From Clostridiales bacterium DTU064 (lineage in GTDB: Bacteria > Bacillota > Clostridia > Oscillospirales > CAG-272), in contig LFTK01000130.1 in assembly GCA_001513385.1 (NCBI GenBank), positions 1 through 48,175 on the forward strand: a stretch of 48,175 nucleotides of DNA, read 5' to 3'. The notes below the pieces were generated by a model. That model saw nothing but the letters and a program-made list of their open reading frames with translations, ran no database searches and was not told the DNA's origin. Shown here one piece after another: positions 1 through 10,203 of the stretch. The stretch's first letter is position 1. Each line of letters starts with the position of its first letter. The position numbers and the translations under genes are program-made.

Positions 1-56
1 CGGGAAAATCGCATGTACGGTTTGATGAGGGGGCGGTGGAAACCCCACTGCTCTAC
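1..56 (+). mobile_element. possible 3' terminus of a group II intron (3' half of domain V plus domain VI); the element would continue upstream of the window
   Basis: nt 4-23 read GAAA / AUCGC / AU / GUACGGUUU. That is a GNRA loop, upper-helix 3' strand, 2-nt bulge and the conserved GUACGGUU lower-helix strand, in domain V spacing. A G/C-rich hairpin of about 30 nt ending ...CTAC follows. The 5' half is outside the window, so pairing cannot be verified. Confidence 0.35.
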
Positions 57-354
57 TCTATCGCGGCTGTAAGCATTTATTTAAGCGGGTTTCAGAAATT
101 ACATCCAAGTTGTCTACTCAACCTAAAGGGGCAGATTATGTGCAAGGGGACATATCAAGGGGGTATTTTTGGGGTGAATTTTAAGCTCAAAAATTTGCGT
201 AGTTGAGTTGACAGGTCGGATAACGGGATTTTTCCATAGGGTTGAGGAAACAGGATAAACGTACATTCAATAAACATTTGAATTCCTAAAATCCACAATA
301 ACATAGATTTATTTTTACAACAACATAAATTAAAAATGTAAATGAGGCATAAAA

Positions 355-1341
355 ATGCTCACAGAAACAAAAATTGCGAGTATAGCGAGTTTGTTCACAA
401 ATAACATTACATCTGTTAAAAATCTTAATGGATTTCATAACGCGATATATGAAGTAAGCGGAGATATTACTTTTATTCTCCGTGTTGCAGAGGGTAAACG
501 TGAAGAACAAACAAATAGCGAAATAGATTTTTTGAGATACCTCCATAAAAACTTAGTTCCAGTAGCACCACCCATAGCATCATTACAAAATAAATATGTT
601 TATTTAGTGGTTGTTGATGGTAAATACTATACGGTTTCTGCCTATCAGAAAGCGAAAGGAAAAGATTGCTGGTCAAGAGGCATTGATGGTAATGATCAAT
701 TTATAATTATTGGTCAAACATTGGGGAGAATGCACCGGTTATCTATGTTGTATAACTGCAATAAAGTGACCAAACGAAGGCAGTGGGACGAAAACTCACA
801 TTTAGTAAAGGCACAGTGTATTCTCCGCAATTACAACACCGATCTTTCGGATAAGTTTAATTCATACATATCGTTAATGCGCAGATTTCCTAGGAAGAAA
901 AGCAGTTTTGGGCTTGTTCATGGTGATTTTTTGTTTTCGAATTATTTCTTTGATGATGATAACAATATATTCATATTCGACTTCGATGAGTGTGAATACT
1001 CATGGTTCATTTACGACATAGCAGTATGTATGTACTATTATCTGCTTGGCGCTGATCCAACAGAGCTTCATGAGAAAGTGGAAGAGGCAGAGGACATGTT
1101 CTTCCACATTATGTCGGGTTATGTAATGGAGTATGAGCTGGATATAGAATGTCTACGAAACATTGATTTATTCTTTCAACTCCGAGACTATGTTTTACTT
1201 TCAAGCATTCTGGAAAGCTCGGCAAATAACCTAAGTAGCTGGAGTAAAAGTTTCGTTGAAAATGCCACGGGTCGTTTGTTAGGCGGAAAGCCGTTCATAC
1301 AGGTTGATTTTGAAAGAGTGTATAAGATGGTGCGCAGGTGA
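355..1341 (+). CDS. phosphotransferase of the APH / choline-kinase / homoserine-kinase-II fold (putative small-molecule kinase)
   Basis: 328-aa ORF. Catalytic-loop motif LVHGDFLFSNYFF (HGDxxxxN) and metal-binding IFDFDE (DFD). SD-like AATGAGG upstream of the ATG. Confidence 0.75.
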   Translation: MLTETKIASIASLFTNNITSVKNLNGFHNAIYEVSGDITFILRVAEGKREEQTNSEIDFLRYLHKNLVPVAPPIASLQNKYVYLVVVDGKYYTVSAYQKAKGKDCWSRGIDGNDQFIIIGQTLGRMHRLSMLYNCNKVTKRRQWDENSHLVKAQCILRNYNTDLSDKFNSYISLMRRFPRKKSSFGLVHGDFLFSNYFFDDDNNIFIFDFDECEYSWFIYDIAVCMYYYLLGADPTELHEKVEEAEDMFFHIMSGYVMEYELDIECLRNIDLFFQLRDYVLLSSILESSANNLSSWSKSFVENATGRLLGGKPFIQVDFERVYKMVRR

Positions 1342-1525
1342 CTGAGAACACCGGCCTTATGTTTATAACTTATAAGTTTATTCTTGCATCATAAAAGAAT
1401 AAAGAGTGAACATTAATTCTTGCCTAATTCCGCCAAGCGACCAAAGGATGGTTCATGCATTTAATAATTATTAAATTGGCAATATTTGCAATGAATTTTT
1501 ATTATTTTTTCAATCTTGCAAAACA

Positions 1526-1554
1526 TTGAAATTGATTGTTCAATACTGTATAAT
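1526..1554 (+). promoter_or_regulatory. sigma-70-type promoter (TTGAAA-N17-TGtTATAAT) about 600 nt upstream of hppA
   Basis: TTGAAA at 1526-1531, 17-nt spacer, extended -10 TG + TATAAT at 1547-1554. Confidence 0.4.
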
Positions 1555-2155
1555 AGCATTTGGCGTGTTATGTTCTATATGTTTTAAATAGCGACTGCTC
1601 CACTCGCAAGGCAAACGACTCATCGCTCATACGGCATCAGGACAGCTTTGGCGCAATCCAAACGACCATAAAGTCGAGGGATGATGTCGATGTCCGAATG
1701 GCTATGAAATATAGTTCACACAGAACACAGTATATGAGGACAGTTGATATCCCTCAAATGTAACCTTCTGTTTATCAGGTCACGTTAATCACGGCCGATC
1801 TGATTATCATAGATGAGGTTTTATCGTCATTGACGGAAAAGAAAAGTACTGTGCGCCCGATTGCTGCGCTTGCGTAAAGAAGGGCAGGTATATTTTCCCG
1901 TATGATTTTTCTGAAGAAATACTCATTTTCGTTCCATAATGCTCGCCCCAAAGGATTATTGACACCATGTATTAACTCAAGGCAAGGTTATCAGGCAACG
2001 AATCTATTATTTTGAGGTGTTCTTTCCAGGGAAATTATCGGTCATATATTTGTTTTGAGTCAATTGCAGAGAGAGCAGAACGTCTAAAGAGATTTTTTAA
2101 GTCTTGTATCAACCCCAAAGCGAAGCCCAAAGAATTAGAAAGGAATGAACGAAAG

Positions 2156-4288
2156 ATGTCTCTCCCCTGGATCATCGCAATACTGTGTGTTATTGCACTA
2201 ACTCTTGCATATGTGGTCTGGAATTATTTCCGGATTCGCAAAATGCCTGAGGGAACGGCTGAAATGGCAGAGATGGCTGCAATCATCCGTTCCGGCGCAA
2301 GTGCATTCATGAAAACCGAGTACAAAACCATTTGCATTGTTGTCGCGGTGATAGCACTGGCTTTATCTCTTTTTGTTGAAAGCACCAGCGGCATCACCTT
2401 CATTTTCGGTGCTCTCATGAGCAGCTCTGCATGCGTACTTGGTATGAAAAGCGCAACATACGCTAATGTTAGAACAGCGAACAAAGCACGTGAAACTATG
2501 TCCATTGGTGAAACTGTCAAGGTTGCTCTGTGCGGCGGCAGTATCTCCGGGTTAAGCGTGCAGGCTCTCGGTATGTTGGGTCTGGTTGTTGTTCTGCTTA
2601 TTTGGGGTGGTGTCAACCATCAGACGGATGGCGGCGGTCTTTTAGTTTCTCTTCAGGGAATCAACGCTTCCGTCATGCGCGTATCAACATACTCGCTCGG
2701 ATGTTCATTAGTCGCCATGTTCAACCGTGTCGCAGGAGGCAACTATACAAAAGCTGCGGATATTTCTGCCGATATTCTGGGTAAAATCCGGAATGATCTT
2801 CCCGAAGATGACAGCAGAGTTCCGAACGTCATTGCCGACTTCATCGGTGACAACGTTAATGATATAGCCGGTAACTGCTCCGATCTTCTTGAAAGTTTTG
2901 TCGCAACAATGTCCGCTTCCATTTTAATCGCCGTAATCCTATTCGAGAAGTTCAACATCGAGAGCATTTTTAATCCGACTGTTATTTACCCGATCATCCT
3001 TGCGGGTGCTGGTCTGTTAAGCTGCCTTATCGGGATGCTCTTTGCGAATGTGAAAAAGATGGGAAGCAATCCTTCTCACGAACTGAATCTTGCCACCTGG
3101 ATTTCTGCCGGAATGACTGTTATTCTTGGTCTGGGGGCTTCTTGGCTTGTCTTTGGAAAAGTCGACGCTACCACCTTTGAAACTTTCGGTTGGAAAGTAA
3201 GCTGGTTAAGCCCCTGGATTTGTGCCGTGCTCGGTCTTGCCAGCGGTGTGGCTATTGGTTCAATTACTGAATATTATACCTCATCTGATTTCAAGCCCAC
3301 CAAGAAGCTCGCTGATATGGCAACAGAAGGCGATGCCTTCATTATTACAAAGGGCGACGCCATCGGCAGCCGCAGCTGTCTCTTCCCGATTGTTGTAATC
3401 GGTATCGCGCTTTTCATTAGCGGTAAAGTCGGCGGTACGTATGGTATTTCTATAGCTTCTCTCGGCATGCTGTCATTTGTCGGCGCAACCGTTTCCATTG
3501 ACGCTTTCGGACCGATTGCCGACAACGCCGGTGGACTGGCAGAAAGCTGCCATTTGCCTTCTGACGTTCGTTCGATTACTGACAAACTGGATGCAGTCGG
3601 CAACACGACTGCAGCTATCGGCAAGGGCTTCGCTATCGGCAGCGCCGCTTTTGCAACGGTCAGCTTGATTGTTTCATATGTCGGTAACTTTACTCCCGCG
3701 AGTGCGGAAATAGTTCTGAACATCGCCAGCTTCACCGTCATTACCGGTGCGATAATCGGCGGCGCTCTTGTGGAATACTTCAGCGCGCTTTTAACTGATA
3801 ATACAATTGAATCCGCTCGCGCCATGGCTGATGAAGGTGATAAACTTCTGTCTGTGCCCGGTGTCTTGGAAGGCAAGGTTCGCCCGGACTATAACCGTAT
3901 GATTCAAATGGCAACACAGGGAGCTCTCCGCAAAATGCTGTTCCCCTCTGTTTTGGCTATGTTGATTCCTGTCCTCGGCGGATTTGTTTTTGGTGCCGAA
4001 TTCGTCGGCGGTTTGTTAATCGGTGCTACAATCGTCGCTATCCCGCGCGCCATCTTCATGGGTAACTCCGGCGGTGCGTTTGATAACGCGAAAAAGAGTA
4101 TAGAATCCGGCGCTGTGGAAGGCCACGGCAAAGGATCGCCTGCCCATAAAGCTGCCGTTACCGGCGATACCGTCGGTGATGTACGTAAGGACGTTGTCGG
4201 TGTTGCTCTTGACATATTTATCAAGACCATGTCCACCGTTGCAAACACATTGGTCTACATTTTCCGGAACTTCACGCTTATAAAATAA
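2156..4288 (+). CDS. hppA: membrane-bound pyrophosphate-energised cation pump (V-type/M-PPase), probably the K+-dependent subtype
   Basis: Track ORF 2012-4288. The likely start is the ATG at 2156 (MSLPWIIAIL..., first TM segment). Family motifs: GDNVNDIAG, DAFGPIADNAGGLAE, GNTTAAIGKGFAIGSAA, GDTVGDVRKD. Ala in the GNTTAA motif is the established K+-dependence marker. Confidence 0.93.
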   Translation: MSLPWIIAILCVIALTLAYVVWNYFRIRKMPEGTAEMAEMAAIIRSGASAFMKTEYKTICIVVAVIALALSLFVESTSGITFIFGALMSSSACVLGMKSATYANVRTANKARETMSIGETVKVALCGGSISGLSVQALGMLGLVVVLLIWGGVNHQTDGGGLLVSLQGINASVMRVSTYSLGCSLVAMFNRVAGGNYTKAADISADILGKIRNDLPEDDSRVPNVIADFIGDNVNDIAGNCSDLLESFVATMSASILIAVILFEKFNIESIFNPTVIYPIILAGAGLLSCLIGMLFANVKKMGSNPSHELNLATWISAGMTVILGLGASWLVFGKVDATTFETFGWKVSWLSPWICAVLGLASGVAIGSITEYYTSSDFKPTKKLADMATEGDAFIITKGDAIGSRSCLFPIVVIGIALFISGKVGGTYGISIASLGMLSFVGATVSIDAFGPIADNAGGLAESCHLPSDVRSITDKLDAVGNTTAAIGKGFAIGSAAFATVSLIVSYVGNFTPASAEIVLNIASFTVITGAIIGGALVEYFSALLTDNTIESARAMADEGDKLLSVPGVLEGKVRPDYNRMIQMATQGALRKMLFPSVLAMLIPVLGGFVFGAEFVGGLLIGATIVAIPRAIFMGNSGGAFDNAKKSIESGAVEGHGKGSPAHKAAVTGDTVGDVRKDVVGVALDIFIKTMSTVANTLVYIFRNFTLIK

Positions 4289-4353
4289 CAATACAGCGAG
4301 CCGAATGCTTTTCGCTGTTTGATGTGCATAATCATCTAAATATTGTTCCGTTC

Positions 4354-4408
4354 GCCGTCGCAGTCTGCCTGATACAGGCTAATGCGGCGGCTGCTTTTAT
4401 TTTGTTTT
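4354..4408 (+). terminator. Rho-independent terminator of hppA
   Basis: GCCGTCGCAG...TGCGGCGGC outer stem with a nested GCCTG/CAGGC stem, followed by TGCTTTTATTTTGTTTT. Confidence 0.6.
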
Positions 4409-4483
4409 CTTTATACGACATGGAGCCGATAATACCTCTGTTTGAACAGTTTTAAAACCGCCCGGCAAAAAGCCTACACTCAT

Positions 4484-4631
4484 TAACTGCAAATCAAGCA
4501 CAATGCCGAGCGCGTGGTGTTGATGAAAAGGATGTATAATAGAACGCTCGAAATACATAGTGGGGTTGATAGACGGTGTAGAAAAAAGCGGGTGGCTTAA
4601 TCGGCATCGGTCTGATAGAGGAACTTGGTGA
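4484..4631 (+). pseudogene. C-terminal remnant of an ABC-transporter ATPase (5' part deleted, one frameshift)
   Basis: Reads ..HNAERVVLMK then, after a shift, GCIIERSKYIVGL.., which resembles the ...A(D/E)RVVLMKxGxIIE... tail of ABC ATPases. There is no Walker A/B region between the hppA terminator and this fragment. Confidence 0.35.
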
Positions 4632-4851
4632 GAAGAAAATCCGAAATGTTTTGATTATTAGGGTTTTTGCTATTATAATATATATTGTAATTATATGATA
4701 CAACTTTTATTACGATTATGATTTCAACGATCCGGACGCTAATACCGATGACTGTTATGCATACAATATAAAAAAGAAAGTAAAAAGCCTAATCTTCGGT
4801 GTTACATACTGAATATTTAATGGTCATAAAACAAACCAGGGAGTTAACAGC

Positions 4852-6152
4852 ATGAGACTTGTCTTATATGAGCTTGAGAAATGCGCACGACGAAAGCTAC
4901 TGCTATATACACTCGTGCTGACCCTTGCGGCAAACGCGGCAATCTGCATATATCAGATTAATAAAGCTCACAGCAACCCTTTTTTGAAAAAATCAGATAT
5001 TGAGGCAATATTCCGTGCTTATCTTGAAAATCCTGAGCAGGTGAAATCAGACTACGAGGAATACATGACCCTTTATAATGAGTATTTGAACGCAATAGAT
5101 GATACTGAACCGGTACCGAACAAATACAGCACAAATAAAGATGTTTTAGATTACTTTCTGTATTACGAACTCTTCAAACAGGTTGACACTTGCGAAAACT
5201 ACAAGGAATACATACAAAACTTTCTTGACCGTGCGAATTATAATATAAAATCCTTTGACGATGCAGGAATGTCGTCTAATACATACTCATACCGTTATCA
5301 AAAGCGCATTATTGACCTTTATACAAAGGCCCAGTCTGGTGTAGAATTGAAAATCGAGTATGTATACGGATGGGATGAGTATTTTGACTACGATGTTGTC
5401 AATATATTCATATTTATAAGCGTCATACTCATCTGCTCGGTTGTCTTTGCTCAGGAACGATCAAGCGGATTCATCAATATAATCAGGGCATCCCGGTATG
5501 GCCGCGTCAGTACAGTGGCAGCCAAAATTTCAGCGTCAGTTATAATAACTGTTATCATCGTATTATTATTCACTTTCTCGACGTTTTTCATTTACGGTTA
5601 TATGGTTGGCTTCAGCTCCTCTGACAATGCCATACAGATAATTGAAGCATTCAGAAAAACCTATCAGACTATAACGATAAAACAGTATTTTATAATAACT
5701 GTCCTTGTGCGGCTTGCCACATTTATTGTTTTACCGCGCTCACATTAGCTGCAAGCCTTATTTTCAAAAGTTACCCGCTGATTTTTATTTGCAACGGCGG
5801 CGTATTCGGTCTTAATTTTCTTTTCTATACGCTTAAAAATCTTGCCCCGAAAGCCCCATTCGAAATCTCAACCTTGTTGCCACCGCTCATGTCACACGGC
5901 TTTTTGAACGATACCGCGCCATAAATATCTTCGGGTATCCGGCAGACTACATCCCATTCATGATATTCTCATTCGCAGTCGTGTTCACTGCCGCATCTAT
6001 TTTTATCGGGTGGAGATTTTTACACAGTGCTGTTAGTGTAGGGCAAGGTAGAATCAATAAAGCTTTAATCTTTAAAACATCATCAGAGCGTATCAAACAA
6101 ACCCTTCCAAAACGGCGCCACATTCACATATCATCGAGATGCCTTATCTTAA
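4852..6152 (+). pseudogene. ABC-2-type transporter permease 1, disrupted by at least 3 frameshifts
   Basis: ORF 4852-5748 stops at LPRSH*. Coding continues in another frame (..FTALTLAASLIFKSYPLIFICNGGVFGLNFLFYTLK..). It then shifts again to ..NLVATAHVTRLFERYRAINIFGYPADYIPFMIFSFAVVF... The first shift is consistent with T4 versus T5 at about 5724. Confidence 0.6.
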
Positions 6153-7210
6153 CAGAGACGTATAAGACACTGGTATCATCCCGCTATATAATTGCCGTAT
6201 TAGTGCTTCTTTTGGTCAAGGTGTATATTTCATCAAACGCATACAAACCGGTATCGCTTTATAGCGATGATATATATAAAGCGTACATGACAACACTTGC
6301 CGGTCCTGTAACTGATGAAAAACGTCAATATATAAAAGAAGAACGGGAATACATAAACGATGTTTTCTTAAAAGAAACTGATATACGGGATGCTTATAAT
6401 TCTGGAGCAATTAATCTTGATGAATTTATTAATTATTTAACAGAATTAAACTATGCGAGATCTCATTCACCTCAATTGTCAGTAGTTGAAAACCATCTAT
6501 CATATATAGACAGGCTTGCGTTAAAAGGAATCGAAGCCCATTTCGTATACGATACCGGCTGGAACACATTTTTCAAGACTCCTTTTGATTGGTCGCTTTA
6601 CGCAGTAGTTTTATTAATATTTAGCGGCATATTTTCATCTGAACACGAAGCAAAAACATCATCCGGCGGATTCGCCCAGATACTCCGTACTACAAAAAGA
6701 GGCAGAGCAAGGACATTCGGTGCAAAGCTTACATCATCACTTATAGTTGCACTTATTTTAGCCGTAATATGGAATGCTATTGACGCTTATTTTATCTGTC
6801 GCGCTTATGAACTTCCGTGTATCTCCTCACCGATTCACTCACTTCAGCTATTTCAAGGACTTAAAACGACAGTATCAATTAAGCAGTTTATAGTTTTATT
6901 CTACGCTCTTCGCGCGGCTGCAGTTTTATGGCTTGTACTCTTACTATGTGCATTCTCGGAAATAACAAAAAGAGCGCTTATAACAATTGGTGCTGTGGCA
7001 GCAGTTACATCCCTTCCGGCGCTGATAAGTTACTTTGGTATCAAATCTTTCGATTACGTTGACTATATTGGTGTCATGCGCGCAACACCTATGATACTTT
7101 TGTCAGCCGGCGGTGGGTCTGCTCTTATGACATTTTCAATTGTAGCAATCATAATTTGCACAGTTGCTCTTTGCCTTGCTGAAATAATGTGGGTTGGGTG
7201 CAAAATATAA
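6139..7210 (+). CDS. ABC-2-type transporter permease 2; its ATG is out of frame by one extra C, so it is now fused in frame to the tail of permease 1
   Basis: Track ORF 5960-7210. The N-terminus expected from the paralogue (M-LILTETYKTLVSSRYIIAVLVLL) is obtained if one C of ATGCCTT (6139-6145) is removed. The same correction gives permease 1 a TAA stop at 6150-6152. Confidence 0.5.
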
Positions 7211-7233
7211 AGCTAATATAAATAATTGTAATA

Positions 7234-7268
7234 AAGCCCCGTAATCATTTGTGATTACAGGGCTTTTC
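7234..7268 (+). terminator. Rho-independent terminator
   Basis: AGCCCCGTAATCA-TTTG-TGATTACAGGGCT followed by TTTTC. Confidence 0.6.
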
Positions 7269-7502
7269 GATAGCGGAGATAGGGAAATAGAAGTTTAAAT
7301 ACTATTAATTGAGTAAATTATCCGAGGCAGACTGCATACCACCGCTGATATTGACATCCTAATAAAATGTCGGACAAGCTACTCATCGTATTTAGTTGAA
7401 CGTAGGATTATTATATATGATTGAAAAGTATATTTAAGATGATTGAATTACGTTTATTGACAGCTATGTAAACATGGGCTGATACACGATGATTTATGAA
7501 TA

Positions 7503-8783
7503 TCACATCAGCCCTTCAGCTAAAGCCCAACCTTTTTTAAGCAAAAAGTGCCGGTAGAGCTCCTCTGTGGCAAGTGCCATTTTTGTAACCGAGAATTGTC
7601 CTTCCGGGTAGATATACCACGTATCTGAAAGAGCGCTAAGCTCCACACAATCGCCGTGTTTGAAGAGGTATTGATATTCAATGTGGCAGGAATAGAGCGA
7701 GGGGACTTCCTTTATCATTTCATGACGCCGCCCCTCGCGGTCGGTCACTTCCACGCGGAAGCCATTCATATCGTGGATTAATGTGCCGCGGCCTAAACGT
7801 ATAAAGCCCTTTGAGTTAGGGAGAGAATCAACCACGACCGATAAAACACCGGACGAATAGCTGCCCTCTTCCACCTCTTTACGGACACAAAGACGCTCCC
7901 ACTCATACCAGTCGGGAATGTGAGAGAATTCGGTATCACCTGAAATAGCCCTAAGCTCCCCATATTCCGTCATCTCCCACTCCTTGCCGCATGCCGTGCA
8001 GGCAATCCGGATACCTGATGAGGTCATATTCTGCTCGCTTAAGCAGTTCGGACACTTGTATAGGACGCGGTGCAGACCTTCGGCACGTTTTTTATCGCGG
8101 ATGCGAATCCCCCGTTGCTTCTGCCACGCAAAATCGTCATATTGAAATTCGTCCACGATGTACTTGTTTATAGTGTCAATGTCGAGTGTTTCAACCTGTT
8201 CTTTTGTCAGCAGTAGTTTATACGTTGCCTCGGTGGGACGTACCCCTCTGTCATGTGAGGTATTCCAGAATGGCGAGTTGACGTGATGCCCGTGGCAGAT
8301 GAGCGTAACCACCGGTACGCCCAGAAACTTAGCCAGTTTTCCAAGAGAGCGCGGTAAAACAGCGGTAGTACCGCACAGGGAATACCGTGCCTCAGGATAA
8401 ATCACGGCAACGTTCCCCATATCAACTACTTTTTTAAGATTTCTTATGAGATTTGTGTCGTTCGTAAATTTCCTCTTGCCGATACAACCTAAACTGCGCA
8501 GTAACCACTCTCTTTTAATAAACCCGTCGATTGCCACAACATAATTTGCATCGTTTTTTCCCAGCACAGTCGATGCAATGATAAAATCAAAAAACGCATT
8601 GTGATTGCACAGCATCAGAAACGGCGGTTTAAGGTTTTCAACGCCGTTCTCATACGAAATTATTGGTTTGTGCCTCCATAAGGCCGGGGCACAGAGGAGC
8701 TTCCTGATGGGCTTGAGATACCACTTTGTCCTGAGCGGTGGTTTTGTCATATCAAACCTATCTAATATATCTAAATCTGCCAA
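7503..8783 (-). CDS. lysophospholipid/1-acylglycerol-3-phosphate acyltransferase (PlsC family) with C-terminal zinc-ribbon region
   Basis: 426-aa ORF. HX4D acyltransferase motif (CNHNAFFDF). CPNC...CTAC cysteine pairs lie in the C-terminal half. Confidence 0.8.
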   Translation of the reverse strand: MADLDILDRFDMTKPPLRTKWYLKPIRKLLCAPALWRHKPIISYENGVENLKPPFLMLCNHNAFFDFIIASTVLGKNDANYVVAIDGFIKREWLLRSLGCIGKRKFTNDTNLIRNLKKVVDMGNVAVIYPEARYSLCGTTAVLPRSLGKLAKFLGVPVVTLICHGHHVNSPFWNTSHDRGVRPTEATYKLLLTKEQVETLDIDTINKYIVDEFQYDDFAWQKQRGIRIRDKKRAEGLHRVLYKCPNCLSEQNMTSSGIRIACTACGKEWEMTEYGELRAISGDTEFSHIPDWYEWERLCVRKEVEEGSYSSGVLSVVVDSLPNSKGFIRLGRGTLIHDMNGFRVEVTDREGRRHEMIKEVPSLYSCHIEYQYLFKHGDCVELSALSDTWYIYPEGQFSVTKMALATEELYRHFLLKKGWALAEGLM

Positions 8784-9722
8784 ACTTTACGCTCCTTTTT
8801 ATCGAAGAATCTCGATTTGTTTGTATTGTACCATGTTTCGACTATTTTGAAAAGAAAAAAAAATAATTCGTTTTATTTCTGTTTAAAAGTACAGCATATC
8901 AATATTGTTTATAACTGCGTCGGCGAGTATGCGTCACAAGCAACTATAACTACACAGTAAAAATACACAGGGAAAAGAAAAATACAGCATAGCTGGTACA
9001 CACATTATACGATACGTCATCACTTTAAAAATATAAAACAAAACAAAACAATATGACAAATGGCGCACAACATGGTGCTATATGGTTGAAGAAGTGTTGA
9101 CATGACCTGATAATAAAACACTAAGTGGGTGGCAAGTTCCTTCGGAGTAAATACACCGCCGGTTCTGCCGCCGATGATGTAACCGCCGGTGTAAATTTAA
9201 TCTGTTAATATCATTCTGGTAATATTTTATTATCAGACCGTTTATATGATAAAATATAAAACATAAGGGGCTAAGTCTTATAGCAAAATAAAAGATAGCT
9301 ATGGAAAAAAGGAGAATGATAATAAATGCCTAAACATGAATTTGGAATACTGCATATATTACGTGAAATTTATGGTACAATGCATAAAAAATTCATATAT
9401 GTTGAGATTAAAGATTTCATGATGGAATATATTAAATAAGCTGGAGTTTGCAAAGAGCAGTTAGCTTTGGTACGACGTTTATAAAGGAGATATTGTCCAT
9501 ACATAAGGAAGGTTCCGAAGAGTCCGTAATAGACATTTTTAACCGTGTTACATATACAATACTGTTAAACGCATATGACTGAACAAAAGCAAACATATTT
9601 TAGGATTATTGCAACATATTAACCTCAATCATAACCGCACAAATTAACTTTATTTCTATCATCCTGACGGTAGAATCAATTTTTCACTCAATTTTTATAC
9701 ATAAAAAAAAGAGGTACTTATC

Positions 9723-10184
9723 ATGACCACGAAACGACGTAACAACATCATCTCAACAATTCATCGCGTTGTCACCAGTGAACACGGAGAAAATTACTCG
9801 ATTAACGGCTGTGCAAAATATGTCATGGAGTGCCTTGGTGAAAAGAATTATGATTATTGGTTTTTCACCGGAATTACCGGAGACTTGTTTACACAGCACT
9901 ACAGTTACACAAACTTTGTAGCTGAATCTGTGTCCGACTATTTGTTTGAGGAGGACCCCGCCCGCTTTGTTGAAGAAACATTTGCTAAATGCGGATACGC
10001 TGCCACGTTTGTATCAAGCGAGGAATTAAAGAATAATACTGATATGTATCTGCAAATGCTAACAGAATACATCTATCGGGGCATCCCTGTAATCGGTGGG
10101 AACATGAGAAATGTGTTTGTCGGATATGAAGACTACGGTAAAGTTCTGCTTCAGCTTACTACACTATATAAGAGTAAACTGTAA
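9723..10184 (+). pseudogene. truncated paralogue of the C-terminal sensor domain of the AraC regulator at 20299-21744
   Basis: 153 aa. The blocks ECLGEKNYDYWFFTGITGD / FAKCGYAATFV / RGIPVIG / VFVGYEDYGKVLL align colinearly with KGLGEDCDKAMLTAISGEG / SALGWKAKYIT / RGFPVLV / VYFGYEDDGRKII of the AraC protein. The ORF stops where the homologue continues for more than 200 aa. Confidence 0.45.
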
Positions 10185-10203
10185 GGGCGGGGAGGTGAAA
10201 TAT

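Noticed and set aside
128-174. Four G-runs as a G-quadruplex motif.
   Set aside because: The loops are 14, 9 and 7 nt, longer than canonical stable G4 loops. I kept it only as part of a low-interest note on the window start.
1560-1763. 67-aa ORF in the hppA leader, and other short AT-rich ORFs (286-546, 473-676, 11181-11495, 14553-14781, 17274-17507, 19584-19793, 20081-20272, 27372-27560, 27680-27916, 27941-28132, 31036-31269, 38382-38576, 41135-41353).
   Set aside because: They have no ribosome-binding sites and an odd amino-acid composition (Cys/Phe/Ile/Tyr-rich). They overlap better-supported genes or promoters. I treated them as non-coding.
2224-4291. Long antisense or out-of-frame ORFs inside hppA (2224-2616, 2743-2967, 3274-3876, 3904-4248, 4016-4291). 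Similar ones lie inside cas8c/cas7c (41633-41962, 41916-42269, 42110-42430, 42618-42908, 43933-44373) and inside the AMMECR1/radical SAM genes (32054-32554, 32972-33427).
   Set aside because: These are shadow ORFs of GC-richer, strongly supported genes on the opposite strand or frame. They have no SD, a low-complexity Ser/Pro/Ala/Arg-rich composition and no recognisable motifs.
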